Source: Actinomycetota bacterium (GTDB lineage: Bacteria; Actinomycetota; UBA4738; HRBIN12). Taken from it: a stretch of 64,000 bases of DNA. The notes beneath the pieces were generated by a model that was not told the DNA's origin, did not search any database, and was given only the letters and a program-made list of their open reading frames with translations. How positions within the stretch are numbered: the first letter of the stretch is position 1; each line of letters opens with the position of its first letter. Shown piece by piece: positions 54,478-63,380 of this stretch. The position numbers were made by a program, and so were the translations under genes. The stretch covers positions 7,782 through 71,781 of the forward strand of contig DATBIS010000005.1 in the NCBI GenBank assembly GCA_036556805.1, read 5' to 3'.

Positions 54478-55251
54478 ATGCCGACCATCGCGAAGATCAA
54501 CGTCACGCCCGTGAAGGCGACGACCCTGCATCACCCCGAGGCCGTGCGGCTCGAGCGGTACGGGCCCGTCGGCGACCGAGTGTTCTTCTTCGTCGACGAC
54601 GAGAACCGGCGTATCGCGGGCGACGGCAAGCGTCCGCTGATGGGCATCCGCGCCGAGTTCGACGCTGAGCAGGATCGGTTGGCGTTCGGGCTGGGCGGCA
54701 ACACGCATGAAGGATCCGCCGCGGCGACCGGCGAGGCATTCTCGATCGACTACTACGGCCGAACGGTGTCGGCTCGACTTCTCGACGGAGACTGGGCCGA
54801 GCTCCTCTCGAGCTATCTCGGCCGCCCCGTCCGGCTGGCCCGGCTCGAGGCGCCCGGCACGCTCGTCGACGAAGGCGTGACGATGGTCTCGCACGCGTCG
54901 GTCGAGGAGCTCGGCCGCCGGGCAGGTCGCGACGCGCCCGACCCTCGCCGGTTCCGTATGACGTTCGACCTCGACGGGTGCGAGCCCCACGAGGAGGACA
55001 CGTGGTTCGGCCGCACGGTGTCGGTCGGCGAGGCCGAGCTGGTGATAGGCGGTCCGATCCCTCGGTGCGTGATCACGACGCTCGATCCCGACACCGGGCG
55101 GCCGGACTTCCCCACGCTCAAGGTGATCGCGGCGTATCGCGACCTGCTTCCCGGCGAGGGCCTGCCGTTCGGCGTCTACGCGCAGGTGACGCGGCCCGGA
55201 ACCGTGCGGGTCGGGGACGAAGTAGAGGTCACGCCGGCGGCGACCGCCTAG
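54478..55251 (+). CDS. MOSC domain-containing protein (MOSC_N plus MOSC)
   Basis: C-terminal PIPRCVITTLDPDTG with the conserved Cys. 257 aa. Confidence 0.8.
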   Translation: MPTIAKINVTPVKATTLHHPEAVRLERYGPVGDRVFFFVDDENRRIAGDGKRPLMGIRAEFDAEQDRLAFGLGGNTHEGSAAATGEAFSIDYYGRTVSARLLDGDWAELLSSYLGRPVRLARLEAPGTLVDEGVTMVSHASVEELGRRAGRDAPDPRRFRMTFDLDGCEPHEEDTWFGRTVSVGEAELVIGGPIPRCVITTLDPDTGRPDFPTLKVIAAYRDLLPGEGLPFGVYAQVTRPGTVRVGDEVEVTPAATA

Positions 55252-55643
55252 CGGTCGATGACGGCGATCGCCTCGATCTCGACGAGCTGCCCCGTGTAGC
55301 CGAGGAGCGCCACGCCGAGCAGCGTGCTGGGCGCCGCGGCGATCGGCGACGCCTGCACGGCCTCCCACACGGCGTTCTGCACGTCGTGGTCGACGCCGGC
55401 GACGAACACGGTGGTCTTCACGACGTCGCCCGGCCCTGCGCCGGCGGCGGCGAGGGCCGCGAGGAGGTTCGCGATCACCTGCTCGGTCTGCGTCACCGGA
55501 TCCTCCGGACCGACGAGCTCGCCGGCCGCGTCGAGCGGCACCGCACCCGCGGTGAACACGAGCGACGACCCACGCGCGATCGCCACGTGTGCGTAGCCGG
55601 GAGGCGTCGCGAGTCCCTCCACGTTGCGACGTTCGACCGGCAT
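55248..55643 (-). CDS. RidA/YjgF-family protein
   Basis: Blocks GYAHVAI, VFTAGAVPLD, KTTVFV and EIEAIAV typical of RidA. ATG 55643 (or 55652). The upstream part of the 316-aa ORF is artefact. Confidence 0.8.
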   Translation of the reverse strand: MPVERRNVEGLATPPGYAHVAIARGSSLVFTAGAVPLDAAGELVGPEDPVTQTEQVIANLLAALAAAGAGPGDVVKTTVFVAGVDHDVQNAVWEAVQASPIAAAPSTLLGVALLGYTGQLVEIEAIAVIDR

Positions 55644-55686
55644 CGCCCGCATGCTCTCACGGACCCCGACCCCTACACTCCCGCGC

Positions 55687-56478
55687 GTGCAAGCAGCCGA
55701 CGAGCTCGTCGCGTTCGCCGAGGATCCCGGGGCGTTCGTCGCGCTCGGCCCCGACGAGGAGCGTGCCCTCACCGATCGCGCGTGCGTGACGTTCTCGCCG
55801 GGAGAGCACTTCTGGTCGACGTCGGTCGAACGCCTGCGGTTCGGAGCGGACGAGGTGGACGAGGCCGTTGCCGAGATCCACGCGTGGATGGCGGATCGCG
55901 GCCGGCGGGCGGCCGCGTGGCGCTTCGGGCCGTCGACGACCCCGCCCGACCTCCGCGACCGGCTCGTCGCGCTGGGTTGGGAGCCGGAGTCGGACGAGGG
56001 ATCGACGATCCTGCTGCTCTCGGACGCACCACGTGTGGCGCCGTCCCCGTTCGACGTGCGGCTCGTCTCGACGTTCGAGGAGCATCTCGCGGCCGTGGAG
56101 GTCGGCAACCAGGGCTTCGGCTTCCCCGTGGCCGACGCCGAGGACGAACGCCGGCGCGCCCGTTCGACCTTCGAAGCCGAACGAGAGGGCGGCCACACCC
56201 TGCGTCTGGTCGCCTACGACGGCGACCGCCCGATCGCGACGGGGCGAGCGTGGCTCTCCCCGCTCGGGTTCTACCTCGGCGGCGGTGCCACGCTTCCCAC
56301 CGACCGGGCCCGCGGAGCGATGAGCACGCTGGTGGCGCGAGCATGGGAGGAGGCCGTGCGCCGCGGGACGCCGGCGCTCGTGACCCACGGCGGGGAGATG
56401 TCCGCGTCCCCGCTGCTGAAGGCGGGCTTCCGACCGCTCGGCCGGGTTCGCCATCTCGTCGATCGAACGCTCATGTAG
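55687..56478 (+). CDS. GNAT-family N-acetyltransferase (two-lobed)
   Basis: Acetyl-CoA-binding-like block (GGGATLPTDRARGAMSTLVARAWEEA). Start uncertain (GTG 55687; ATG 55651 alternative). Confidence 0.6.
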   Translation: MQAADELVAFAEDPGAFVALGPDEERALTDRACVTFSPGEHFWSTSVERLRFGADEVDEAVAEIHAWMADRGRRAAAWRFGPSTTPPDLRDRLVALGWEPESDEGSTILLLSDAPRVAPSPFDVRLVSTFEEHLAAVEVGNQGFGFPVADAEDERRRARSTFEAEREGGHTLRLVAYDGDRPIATGRAWLSPLGFYLGGGATLPTDRARGAMSTLVARAWEEAVRRGTPALVTHGGEMSASPLLKAGFRPLGRVRHLVDRTLM

Positions 56479-57094
56479 CGCTCGGGTGCAGCAGCGGCAC
56501 GAGCGCTTGCCGTCCGGTGCGGAGCAACGCGAGGAGCGACGGCGGCGTGATGACGGTCGCCGTTCCGCCGCGCGGCCGGGACAGCGGGGAGACGTAGCCC
56601 GATGCCGTCCAGCGCGCGAGTCCGTCGTCGAGCACGACGTGCGGCGCGCCCAGCCGGAGGACGAACGCGCCCACCGGGAGCTCCGTGAACGAGCTTTCGT
56701 GCAGCCGCGCGCCGCGGACGGCCGGGTCGAACCGCTCGCGGTGGAGTTGGGCATCGATCGCGTCGGCACCCACCTGGTCGGGGTGGAGGTCGCGCCACAA
56801 CGAGACGAGATCCATGTAGTCGGCGTGACGGCAGAGCGCGCACGGCCGATGGCCGGCCGCAAGCGCCGTCGCCTCGTCCAGGAAGAAGAGCTCGGTGAAC
56901 CTGCCGGGCTGCATGAGCGGCGCGCGGTGCCAGCCGCGGAACTCGAGCCGGCACGCGATCCACCGGCGTACGGCGTGGTGCCGCCGGATGCGTCCGCCGT
57001 CATCGTGCAGGCAGCCACGGTTCCCGTAGACGAGCCCGCGACCAGGGTCGGCCACGAGCTCGCCGAGCGGCGTCACTCGATTCTGTAGCGTCAT
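56471..57094 (-). CDS. Conserved hypothetical protein with Ada-like Zn-ribbon motif
   Basis: 207-aa ORF with coding composition. AAGHRPCALCRH resembles the Ada metal-binding motif. Confidence 0.6.
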   Translation of the reverse strand: MTLQNRVTPLGELVADPGRGLVYGNRGCLHDDGGRIRRHHAVRRWIACRLEFRGWHRAPLMQPGRFTELFFLDEATALAAGHRPCALCRHADYMDLVSLWRDLHPDQVGADAIDAQLHRERFDPAVRGARLHESSFTELPVGAFVLRLGAPHVVLDDGLARWTASGYVSPLSRPRGGTATVITPPSLLALLRTGRQALVPLLHPSAT

Positions 57095-57118
57095 CGCGCC
57101 GGCACCTCGCTCGGCGAC

Positions 57119-58105
57119 CTACTGGATCCCGTCGCTCACGGGCTCGGACCGGCAGGAGTTCCCGATCCAGCTCTCGGCCGACGTCCAGGAATGAGCCTTC
57201 TGAGGTCGAGGGTGGACGACGGCCGTGGAGAACGGCGGTCCCGCCGGGCTCTTCCCGGTGTCGGTGCCCACGCGGACGCAGTAGCCGTTCGGCACCGTGC
57301 TCGCGGCGATCACGACGGACCCTTCCTGGACGCGTCCTCCAACATCGAGAAGCGTCTGGAGGTCGGCGGGGTAGCGGCCGTTCCGCTCCTGATAGCGCGC
57401 GGCCGCGGAGGCGAGGCTATCCGCCGTGCGGGCGTTCGCGGCTTGCCGGATCGCCGTGCGGACCTCCGTCCTCGTCTCGACGGCGCCGACAACGACCAGC
57501 ACCGCGACGATACACGCGAGGCACGACCCGACGGCACCGATCCGTCGCGCCCAGATACCGGCGGCCGGCCCGACGGAGCCAGTCCGCCGGTCCGCACCGG
57601 TCGCCGAGAAGACCAGGGTCAGCGCGACGACCGCGGCGACGCCGACGGTCACGCCCTGCAGCCAACCCAACGAGGTACGGCGCAGTCCTCCCGGCCCGAC
57701 GATCGATACCTCGAACCACGCCGTGAGCGCTCCGAGCAGGAGCACGGCGATCGCGACGCTCCCGAAGGCAATACGCTGTTTCGTCGTCGTTCGAGGCGAC
57801 GAACGGGCCGCGGGGACGATGGCGATGCCGGCCCCGAGGGTCCAACCGGCGCCAGCCCCGATGAGCGCACTCACCAGGAGACGTGTCGGGTTGCCGTCGA
57901 TGATCGGCTCGCCGAGGACGTTGACTCCGAACGCCGTCCCGCCGATGAGGCCCACCACGGCCGCGAGAAACCCGAACCCCACCGGGATCGTTACACGCGG
58001 AGGCAGGGCGGTGGTCGCGAACTGCGCGACGCGACGATGGGAGAGGGTCACGGCCCCGAGTGTCGGCGTTCGACGCGACCGTGGGAAGGGCCCCACCGAG
58101 CACAT
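57119..58105 (-). CDS. Polytopic membrane protein with C-terminal pseudopilin-like extracytoplasmic domain
   Basis: About 5 TM helices, then AAARYQERNGRYPADLQTLLD, which resembles the GspG/type IV pilin-fold core. Start is ATG 58105 or GTG 58051. The upstream ORF part is artefact. Confidence 0.6.
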   Translation of the reverse strand: MCSVGPFPRSRRTPTLGAVTLSHRRVAQFATTALPPRVTIPVGFGFLAAVVGLIGGTAFGVNVLGEPIIDGNPTRLLVSALIGAGAGWTLGAGIAIVPAARSSPRTTTKQRIAFGSVAIAVLLLGALTAWFEVSIVGPGGLRRTSLGWLQGVTVGVAAVVALTLVFSATGADRRTGSVGPAAGIWARRIGAVGSCLACIVAVLVVVGAVETRTEVRTAIRQAANARTADSLASAAARYQERNGRYPADLQTLLDVGGRVQEGSVVIAASTVPNGYCVRVGTDTGKSPAGPPFSTAVVHPRPQKAHSWTSAESWIGNSCRSEPVSDGIQ

Positions 58106-58171
58106 CGCACGATCGCCACGTTCCCGATACAGACCAAACCCGCTCGTCGGCCCACGCCATACGATCGCGGT

Positions 58172-58697
58172 GTGCTCTTGGAGGGATACGTCGTCCTGTT
58201 CGCCCTGCCGTTCGTTCTCTTCGGCGTCGTCGCCTGGGGCCGGCGGCGAAGGGCTTCGTTGGGCGCGATCGTGGCTCGTTGTCTGCTGGCCCTCAGTCTC
58301 CTTTGGATGCTTTCGCTCGCGGTCTTCCCGATCGAGACGAGCCGCTGGTTCGTCACGCTGTCGCCCCTCGGAGGAGCCCAGCTTGTCCCGCTTCGAACCG
58401 TTCGCAGCATGCTTGCGGATGGGCTCGCGGATCCGGAATGGCGTCAGCTCGCTGGCAACGTGGCGCTGTTCGCTCCCTTCGGGGCGGCACTTCCTCTCGC
58501 GGCGCACCGGTTCCGCCGTGCAGCGCGAACGATCGCGGCGGGAGCGTTGCTGTCGATCGGGATCGAGCTCGCGCAGGGCGTCCTCCCGATTCACGGTCCC
58601 GTATCGACGACGTTCTGCTCAAACCCTCGGCACGGCCGTTGGGTACGCGGGGTTTGCGCTGCTGGTCGCGGTCGACCGGCGTGCGCGAAGCGGTTAG
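58172..58697 (+). pseudogene. VanZ-family membrane protein interrupted by two 1-nt deletions
   Basis: The VanZ sequence runs in three frames: ...IELAQGVLPIHG (frame A), RIDDVLL (frame C), TLGTAVGYAGFALLVAVDRRARSG* (frame B). Frame switches lie at about 58598-58600 and about 58621-58623. Confidence 0.65.
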
Positions 58698-58734
58698 CTG
58701 ACCTTCATTGGGCCCGGCGTGTTGAGGGGCCGGA

Positions 58735-59337
58735 TCACGACGGGTCTGCCGCGCTGAGACCGCGTTCGTGTGCCTCGGCCCGCTCGTCGCTCCACCATGG
58801 AGGGCGGACGCCGTGGCCTGCCGTATCGATGTGGTTTTCCTCGACCTCCTCGCCGTACTCCCACGCCTCGCCGCGCTTGGTCGCGAGGATCGCGTTGATC
58901 TCCCCGGCGTGGTACGTCCAGTGCGCCGCCACCATCACGACGATGTCCCCGAGCGGGAACGTCTGGTTCCAGTGCACGGGTCGCGGGTCGTCGAGGCTCT
59001 CCACCTTCTCGACGGACGCGAGCCAGCGGCCGTACGAGCGTTCGAACCAGTCGATCACCTCGGCGAGGTACGAGGCATCGGGTTCGACCCGATCGCGAAG
59101 CCCTCGGGGCCAGTCGGTCTCGTCCCAATGCCGCGGTTCCTGGTCGAACGCGTAGGAGTGGTACACGGCGCTCCATCCGGCGGTGTGCTTCGCGAGCCCC
59201 AGGACCGAGCGGTAGCCTCCGGCGGCGAACAGCGCCTCCTCGATCGTGACGTTGCGGACGTTGTCGACGAAGGTCCGGTGCGCATCCTCGAGCAGCGCGA
59301 TCGCGAACGACTTGTCGGAGACCATCGGTTCGATCAT
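58735..59337 (-). CDS. DinB_2-superfamily protein
   Basis: Conserved His triad context (LAKHTAGW, AAHWTYHAGEI). 200 aa. Confidence 0.75.
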   Translation of the reverse strand: MIEPMVSDKSFAIALLEDAHRTFVDNVRNVTIEEALFAAGGYRSVLGLAKHTAGWSAVYHSYAFDQEPRHWDETDWPRGLRDRVEPDASYLAEVIDWFERSYGRWLASVEKVESLDDPRPVHWNQTFPLGDIVVMVAAHWTYHAGEINAILATKRGEAWEYGEEVEENHIDTAGHGVRPPWWSDERAEAHERGLSAADPS

Positions 59338-59401
59338 GGCGCGCGCCGCTTGGTTTGTCAGGTACGCAGGTGGGTACGCCTACGACACAAGGAGGAGCGA
59401 C

Positions 59402-59476
59402 ATGGGTGTACTCATGACGATTTTGCTGGCCGTGGTCGTGATCGCTGCGATCATGTGGGTCGTACGCCGGGCATAG
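59402..59476 (+). CDS. 24-aa hydrophobic micro-protein MGVLMTILLAVVVIAAIMWVVRRA
   Basis: ATG lies 4 nt after a perfect AAGGAGGAG. Single TM helix with an RR tail. The 3' end overlaps the convergent amidotransferase gene by 26 nt. Confidence 0.45.
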   Translation: MGVLMTILLAVVVIAAIMWVVRRA

Positions 59477-60203
59477 TCACCGGCTCTCGACGTTTCGAGA
59501 ACTCCGCGACCTCGCGCGCAAAGGCTTCGCCAGACCCCCGCGCGAGGTCGCGGTACGTCTGCCATCGTTCGGCCGTCTCCTTCTTCAGCGTCTCGAGGTC
59601 GGTGCCCTTCGTGCGCATCTCGTCGCCGTAGGTCGCGATCCACGAATAGATCGCGCCCGGGCTCACCTCGAGGTGGAACTGCACCCCCCACGCCTTCTCG
59701 CCGACCTTGACGACCTGGTTCAGGGCGCCGGTTCGTCCCACGATCGAGCCGTTCTCGGGTTCGCCGAACGTGTCGTAGTGGAACTGAAACACCGTCGGCC
59801 GCGGTCCGAGCGCTCCGAGCACGGGGTCGCCCGCGGTCTCCGACGCCATCTCCACCTGAGCCCAGCCGATCTCGGGTCGCTCGGCCTTGCGGACGGGTGC
59901 CCCGCCGACGCTCGCGAGCAGCTGCGCCCCGAAGCAGACGCCGAGCGTCGGCACGCCCCCCGCGACAGCCTTCTCGAGCAGCTGCCGTTCCACCGACATC
60001 CACCGAAGGTCGGCCTCGTCCTCGACGCCGGCGATCGCGCCGAGCGAAAGGACGCCGTCGTACTCCGAGACGTCCCGCGGCGGCGCGGGGCGCCGGTATG
60101 CGAACCACGGCTCGATCGCGAGGCCGGCGTCGACGAGCGGACCCGCGAGCTCGTTCAGGTGGTCGTCGAGCTCGTGCTGGATGACGAGCAGCCGTGGACG
60201 CAT
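59451..60203 (-). CDS. Class I glutamine amidotransferase-like protein
   Basis: GVCFGAQLL nucleophile-elbow Cys and FHLE (His-Glu) motif. Confidence 0.8.
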   Translation of the reverse strand: MRPRLLVIQHELDDHLNELAGPLVDAGLAIEPWFAYRRPAPPRDVSEYDGVLSLGAIAGVEDEADLRWMSVERQLLEKAVAGGVPTLGVCFGAQLLASVGGAPVRKAERPEIGWAQVEMASETAGDPVLGALGPRPTVFQFHYDTFGEPENGSIVGRTGALNQVVKVGEKAWGVQFHLEVSPGAIYSWIATYGDEMRTKGTDLETLKKETAERWQTYRDLARGSGEAFAREVAEFSKRREPVTMPGVRPT

Positions 60204-60249
60204 CGCCCGAGAATACTCACCGGTTCGGCGGGTCGGAGATGATGGCGCG

Positions 60250-61047
60250 GTGTCCTCAGCCGCCGAGCTGATCGATCAGGGGCTCCAAGCCGCCTTTCAC
60301 GGTTGGGACCTGTCGTGGTTGGAAGGGCGAGCGCGAGAGGCTCGTCCTCCTTGGCACTATCCGTCGCTCGTTCGAGAGGCCGCGAACCGGGCACGCCGGA
60401 TGCTCGACATCGACACGGGTGGCGGCGAAATGCTCGCCGCACTCGCTCCCTTGGCTTGCTTCGTGGTGGCAACCGAGGGATACGCGCCGAACGTCGGGGT
60501 TGCCGCCGAACGACTCGCCTCCGCCGGGATTCCCCTCGTGCACGCCGGCTCGGCGCCCGACAACGTCGAGCAGAGCGGCTCAACCCCTCTCGAGACATCC
60601 TCCGCACTTCCCTTCCGGGACGAGGCATTCGAGCTCGTCGTCGATCGCCACTCTTCCTATTGGCCATCCGAGGTTCGGCGCGTTCTCGCCGAGGGAGGCC
60701 GCTTCCTCACGCAGCAACGCAACGAGGCAGGAACTGCCGGAGCCTCATGGGAGGAGCTCTTCGGCCGAACACGAACACCGGAGCAGCGCTTCGACCTTGC
60801 CTTCGCGCGGCGCCAGCTCGCGCAGGCCGATTTCGAGGTGGTCAGGGCCGAGGAAGCCGATACGCCGATCGCGTTCAACGATGTCGGGGCGGTCGTGTAC
60901 TACCTGCGCGCGATCCCTTGGGCCGTCCAGGGGTTCGATCCGGCCGGTGACCGAGTGGTCCTCGAGCGAATCCACGAGCGCATCCGTCGTGACGGTCGGC
61001 TGGTCGTTCGTGGCTCCTGCATGCTGCTTGAGGCCATCGCGAGATGA
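60250..61047 (+). CDS. Class I SAM-dependent methyltransferase
   Basis: Motif I LDIDTGGGE and motif-post-I/II pattern (FELVVDRHS, LAEGGRFLTQQ). GTG 60250. The upstream part of the ORF is artefact. Confidence 0.7.
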   Translation: MSSAAELIDQGLQAAFHGWDLSWLEGRAREARPPWHYPSLVREAANRARRMLDIDTGGGEMLAALAPLACFVVATEGYAPNVGVAAERLASAGIPLVHAGSAPDNVEQSGSTPLETSSALPFRDEAFELVVDRHSSYWPSEVRRVLAEGGRFLTQQRNEAGTAGASWEELFGRTRTPEQRFDLAFARRQLAQADFEVVRAEEADTPIAFNDVGAVVYYLRAIPWAVQGFDPAGDRVVLERIHERIRRDGRLVVRGSCMLLEAIAR

Positions 61048-61296
61048 CGTTCATTCCGCGGCCCCGCAGCTAGCCGGCGACCGATCTCACCGACGGTCAC
61101 CCCGCGGCGAGGAGGCACGTCCCCTCCGGGCGTGTCGCCAAATCCGCCGGCCTGGGGATGGTTTCGGGTCGGCGTGGGCGTGTAACGTTCGCGTCGCTTC
61201 ACTCGGCGGCACCGAGCTTTCCGCGGCCGCCTCTCCTCTCCCTCCATCTTCCCCGTGCCGCGCGCTGCGCGGCGCGACGTTCGGCGAGGGGACGGG

Positions 61297-62562
61297 ATGG
61301 TAGGCGACGCGCTGACCGAGGTACGAAGGGAGCTCCGCGAGCGCTTGCTCGAGCGCGACGGCACCCGCGGGTTCCCGGCGACCACGCGGGCGGAGCGACG
61401 GGTGTTCGTTCGCGAGGAAGCGCTCGACGTGCTCCGTTCGAGCGGCATGATCCTGCCACAGCGCGAGCTCGCGCGCGTGGTGAACGAGGTCTCCGACGAG
61501 GTCGTCGGCTTCGGACCGATCGAGTTCCTCTTGAAGGATCCCGAGGTCACCGAGGTGATGGTGAACGGCGCCGACGACGTGTTCGTGGAGCGGAAGGGGC
61601 GGATCGAGAGGGCGCCCGACGGTCTATTCGAGGGGGAGGAGGCCGTCGTGCACCTGATCGAGCGGATCGTGGGGCCGCTGGGTCTCAGGGTCGACGAATC
61701 GTCGCCTTGGGCGGACGCGCGACTTCCCGAGGGCAGCCGAGTCCACGCGATCATCCCGCCTCTTTCGCTCCGCGGTCCGGTGCTCACGATTCGCAAGTTC
61801 TCTCCGGTTCCGCTGACGGCCGAGGGCATGGTGGCGCATGGGAGCATCGGCCCGCGGATGCTTCGGTTCCTCGTCGCCTGCGTGCGCGGCCGCATGAACA
61901 TCGTCGTCTCCGGCGGTGCGGGAGCGGGCAAGACCACGTTGCTCGGCCTGCTGTGCGGATTCATCGGCGACGAGGAGCGACTGATCACGATCGAAGACGC
62001 CGCCGAGCTGCGGATCGCCAAGCCGCACGTGATCTCGTTGGAGGCTCGACCCGCGAACGTCGAGGGCCGCGGTGAGGTGACCGTACGCGACCTGGTCCGC
62101 AACGCGCTGCGGATGCGCCCGGATCGCATCATCGTGGGGGAGGTTCGCGGCGGCGAGGCCCTCGACATGCTGCAGGCGATGAACACCGGCCACGAGGGCT
62201 CGCTCAGCACGGCGCACGCGAACGGCACCCGGCACCTGCTGTGGCGGCTGGAGACGATGGCATTGATGTCCGACGTGGACCTGCCGGCGGCCCATGTGCG
62301 AAGTCAGGTCGCGGCCGCCATCGATGTGATCGTCCATCTCGCGCGCCTTCGGGACGGACGGCGCGTCGTGTGGGAGGTCGCGTCCGTCGAGGGCACGCGT
62401 CGGGGCGAACCGGTCGTGCAGCCGTTGTTCTCGTTCCGTCCCCACGGGGGCGGCGGTCGCTTTCACGCTCATGGAGCACTCCCGCGACAGCTCGAGACGC
62501 TCGCCGAGCGGGGCCAGTTCCTCGACGAGGATCTCTTCGAAGCGGGTGCGGACGAAGCGTGA
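61297..62562 (+). CDS. tadA: Tad/Flp pilus secretion ATPase (CpaF/TadA, T2SS-E family)
   Basis: Walker A GGAGAGKTT, Asp box ITIEDAAEL, Walker B RIIVGEVRGGEA, His box NTGHEGSLSTAHAN. ATG 61297 follows GAGGGGA. Confidence 0.9.
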   Translation: MVGDALTEVRRELRERLLERDGTRGFPATTRAERRVFVREEALDVLRSSGMILPQRELARVVNEVSDEVVGFGPIEFLLKDPEVTEVMVNGADDVFVERKGRIERAPDGLFEGEEAVVHLIERIVGPLGLRVDESSPWADARLPEGSRVHAIIPPLSLRGPVLTIRKFSPVPLTAEGMVAHGSIGPRMLRFLVACVRGRMNIVVSGGAGAGKTTLLGLLCGFIGDEERLITIEDAAELRIAKPHVISLEARPANVEGRGEVTVRDLVRNALRMRPDRIIVGEVRGGEALDMLQAMNTGHEGSLSTAHANGTRHLLWRLETMALMSDVDLPAAHVRSQVAAAIDVIVHLARLRDGRRVVWEVASVEGTRRGEPVVQPLFSFRPHGGGGRFHAHGALPRQLETLAERGQFLDEDLFEAGADEA

Positions 62563-63380
62563 ACGAATCGACCGTGCTCGCGGTGATGGTCGGCCTGTGC
62601 GGCTGCTGCTGGGCCGCCGCCAGGACGTCGGTCGAACATGAGCTCGCGCTGGCGAATCTGGTGCCGGGACGAGCGGCCCGCGCGCCGCGGCAACGGAGCC
62701 TCCGCCGCATGCGCGATGCCGCCGTCGTCGGCGCGGCGGTGGCGCTCGGGGGGGCGCTGCTCGGACTGCCGGGTGTGGCGATCGGGCTTGCCGCGTGCGC
62801 CGGTGCGACCCTCGTGGCCCGACGGCGGCGATCGAAGCGTCGTGTCGAACTCCTCGAGGCGCAGCTCGCCGACGCCGTCGGCGCGATCTCCGCGGCGCTC
62901 CGAGCGGGGCTCTCGCTCTCGCAGGCGCTCGGGTACGCGGCTCGCGAGACCGAGGCGCCGCTCGGCGAGACGCTGCACCGCGCGGCGGGACGGGAGTCGT
63001 GGGGAGAGTCGCTCGAGACCGCCCTGGATCGCTGGGCCGACGAGGTGGGGAGCGACGATGCCCGGCTCGTGAACGGGGTCCTCGCGCTGCACCGGCGCAC
63101 CGGAGGCGATCTGCCTCGGGTCCTCGATCGTGTCGCCGACACGCTGCGCGATCGTCGCGAGACGGCGCGCGAGGTGCGTGCGCTCACGGCGCAGGCGCGT
63201 CTCTCCGGCGCGATCCTCGGCCTGCTCCCGATCGGATTCTTCGGATTCCTGCTGCTCACGTCCCGGCGCGACATCGCGGCCGCCTTCGAGACGCCGGTCG
63301 GCGTCGCGGCCGTCGCCCTCGGCCTCGCGATGCAGGGCGCGGCGTTCGTATGGATACGCCGGCTCTTACGGGTGGCCTGA
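62559..63380 (+). CDS. tadB: Tad pilus inner-membrane platform protein TadB (T2SS-F domain)
   Basis: T2SSF-like block (LADAVGAISAALRAGLSLSQAL) and C-terminal TM helices. GTG overlaps the tadA stop (GTGA). Confidence 0.8.
   Translation: MNESTVLAVMVGLCGCCWAAARTSVEHELALANLVPGRAARAPRQRSLRRMRDAAVVGAAVALGGALLGLPGVAIGLAACAGATLVARRRRSKRRVELLEAQLADAVGAISAALRAGLSLSQALGYAARETEAPLGETLHRAAGRESWGESLETALDRWADEVGSDDARLVNGVLALHRRTGGDLPRVLDRVADTLRDRRETAREVRALTAQARLSGAILGLLPIGFFGFLLLTSRRDIAAAFETPVGVAAVALGLAMQGAAFVWIRRLLRVA

Noticed and set aside
61048-61296. Flp pilin gene or special element in the 250-bp region upstream of tadA (including the CT-rich tract CCTCTCCTCTCCCTCCATCTTCCCC at about 61226-61250)
   Set aside because: No small ORF there has a hydrophobic Flp-like core with a G/XXXXEY processing motif on either strand. 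The pyrimidine tract alone does not define a feature.
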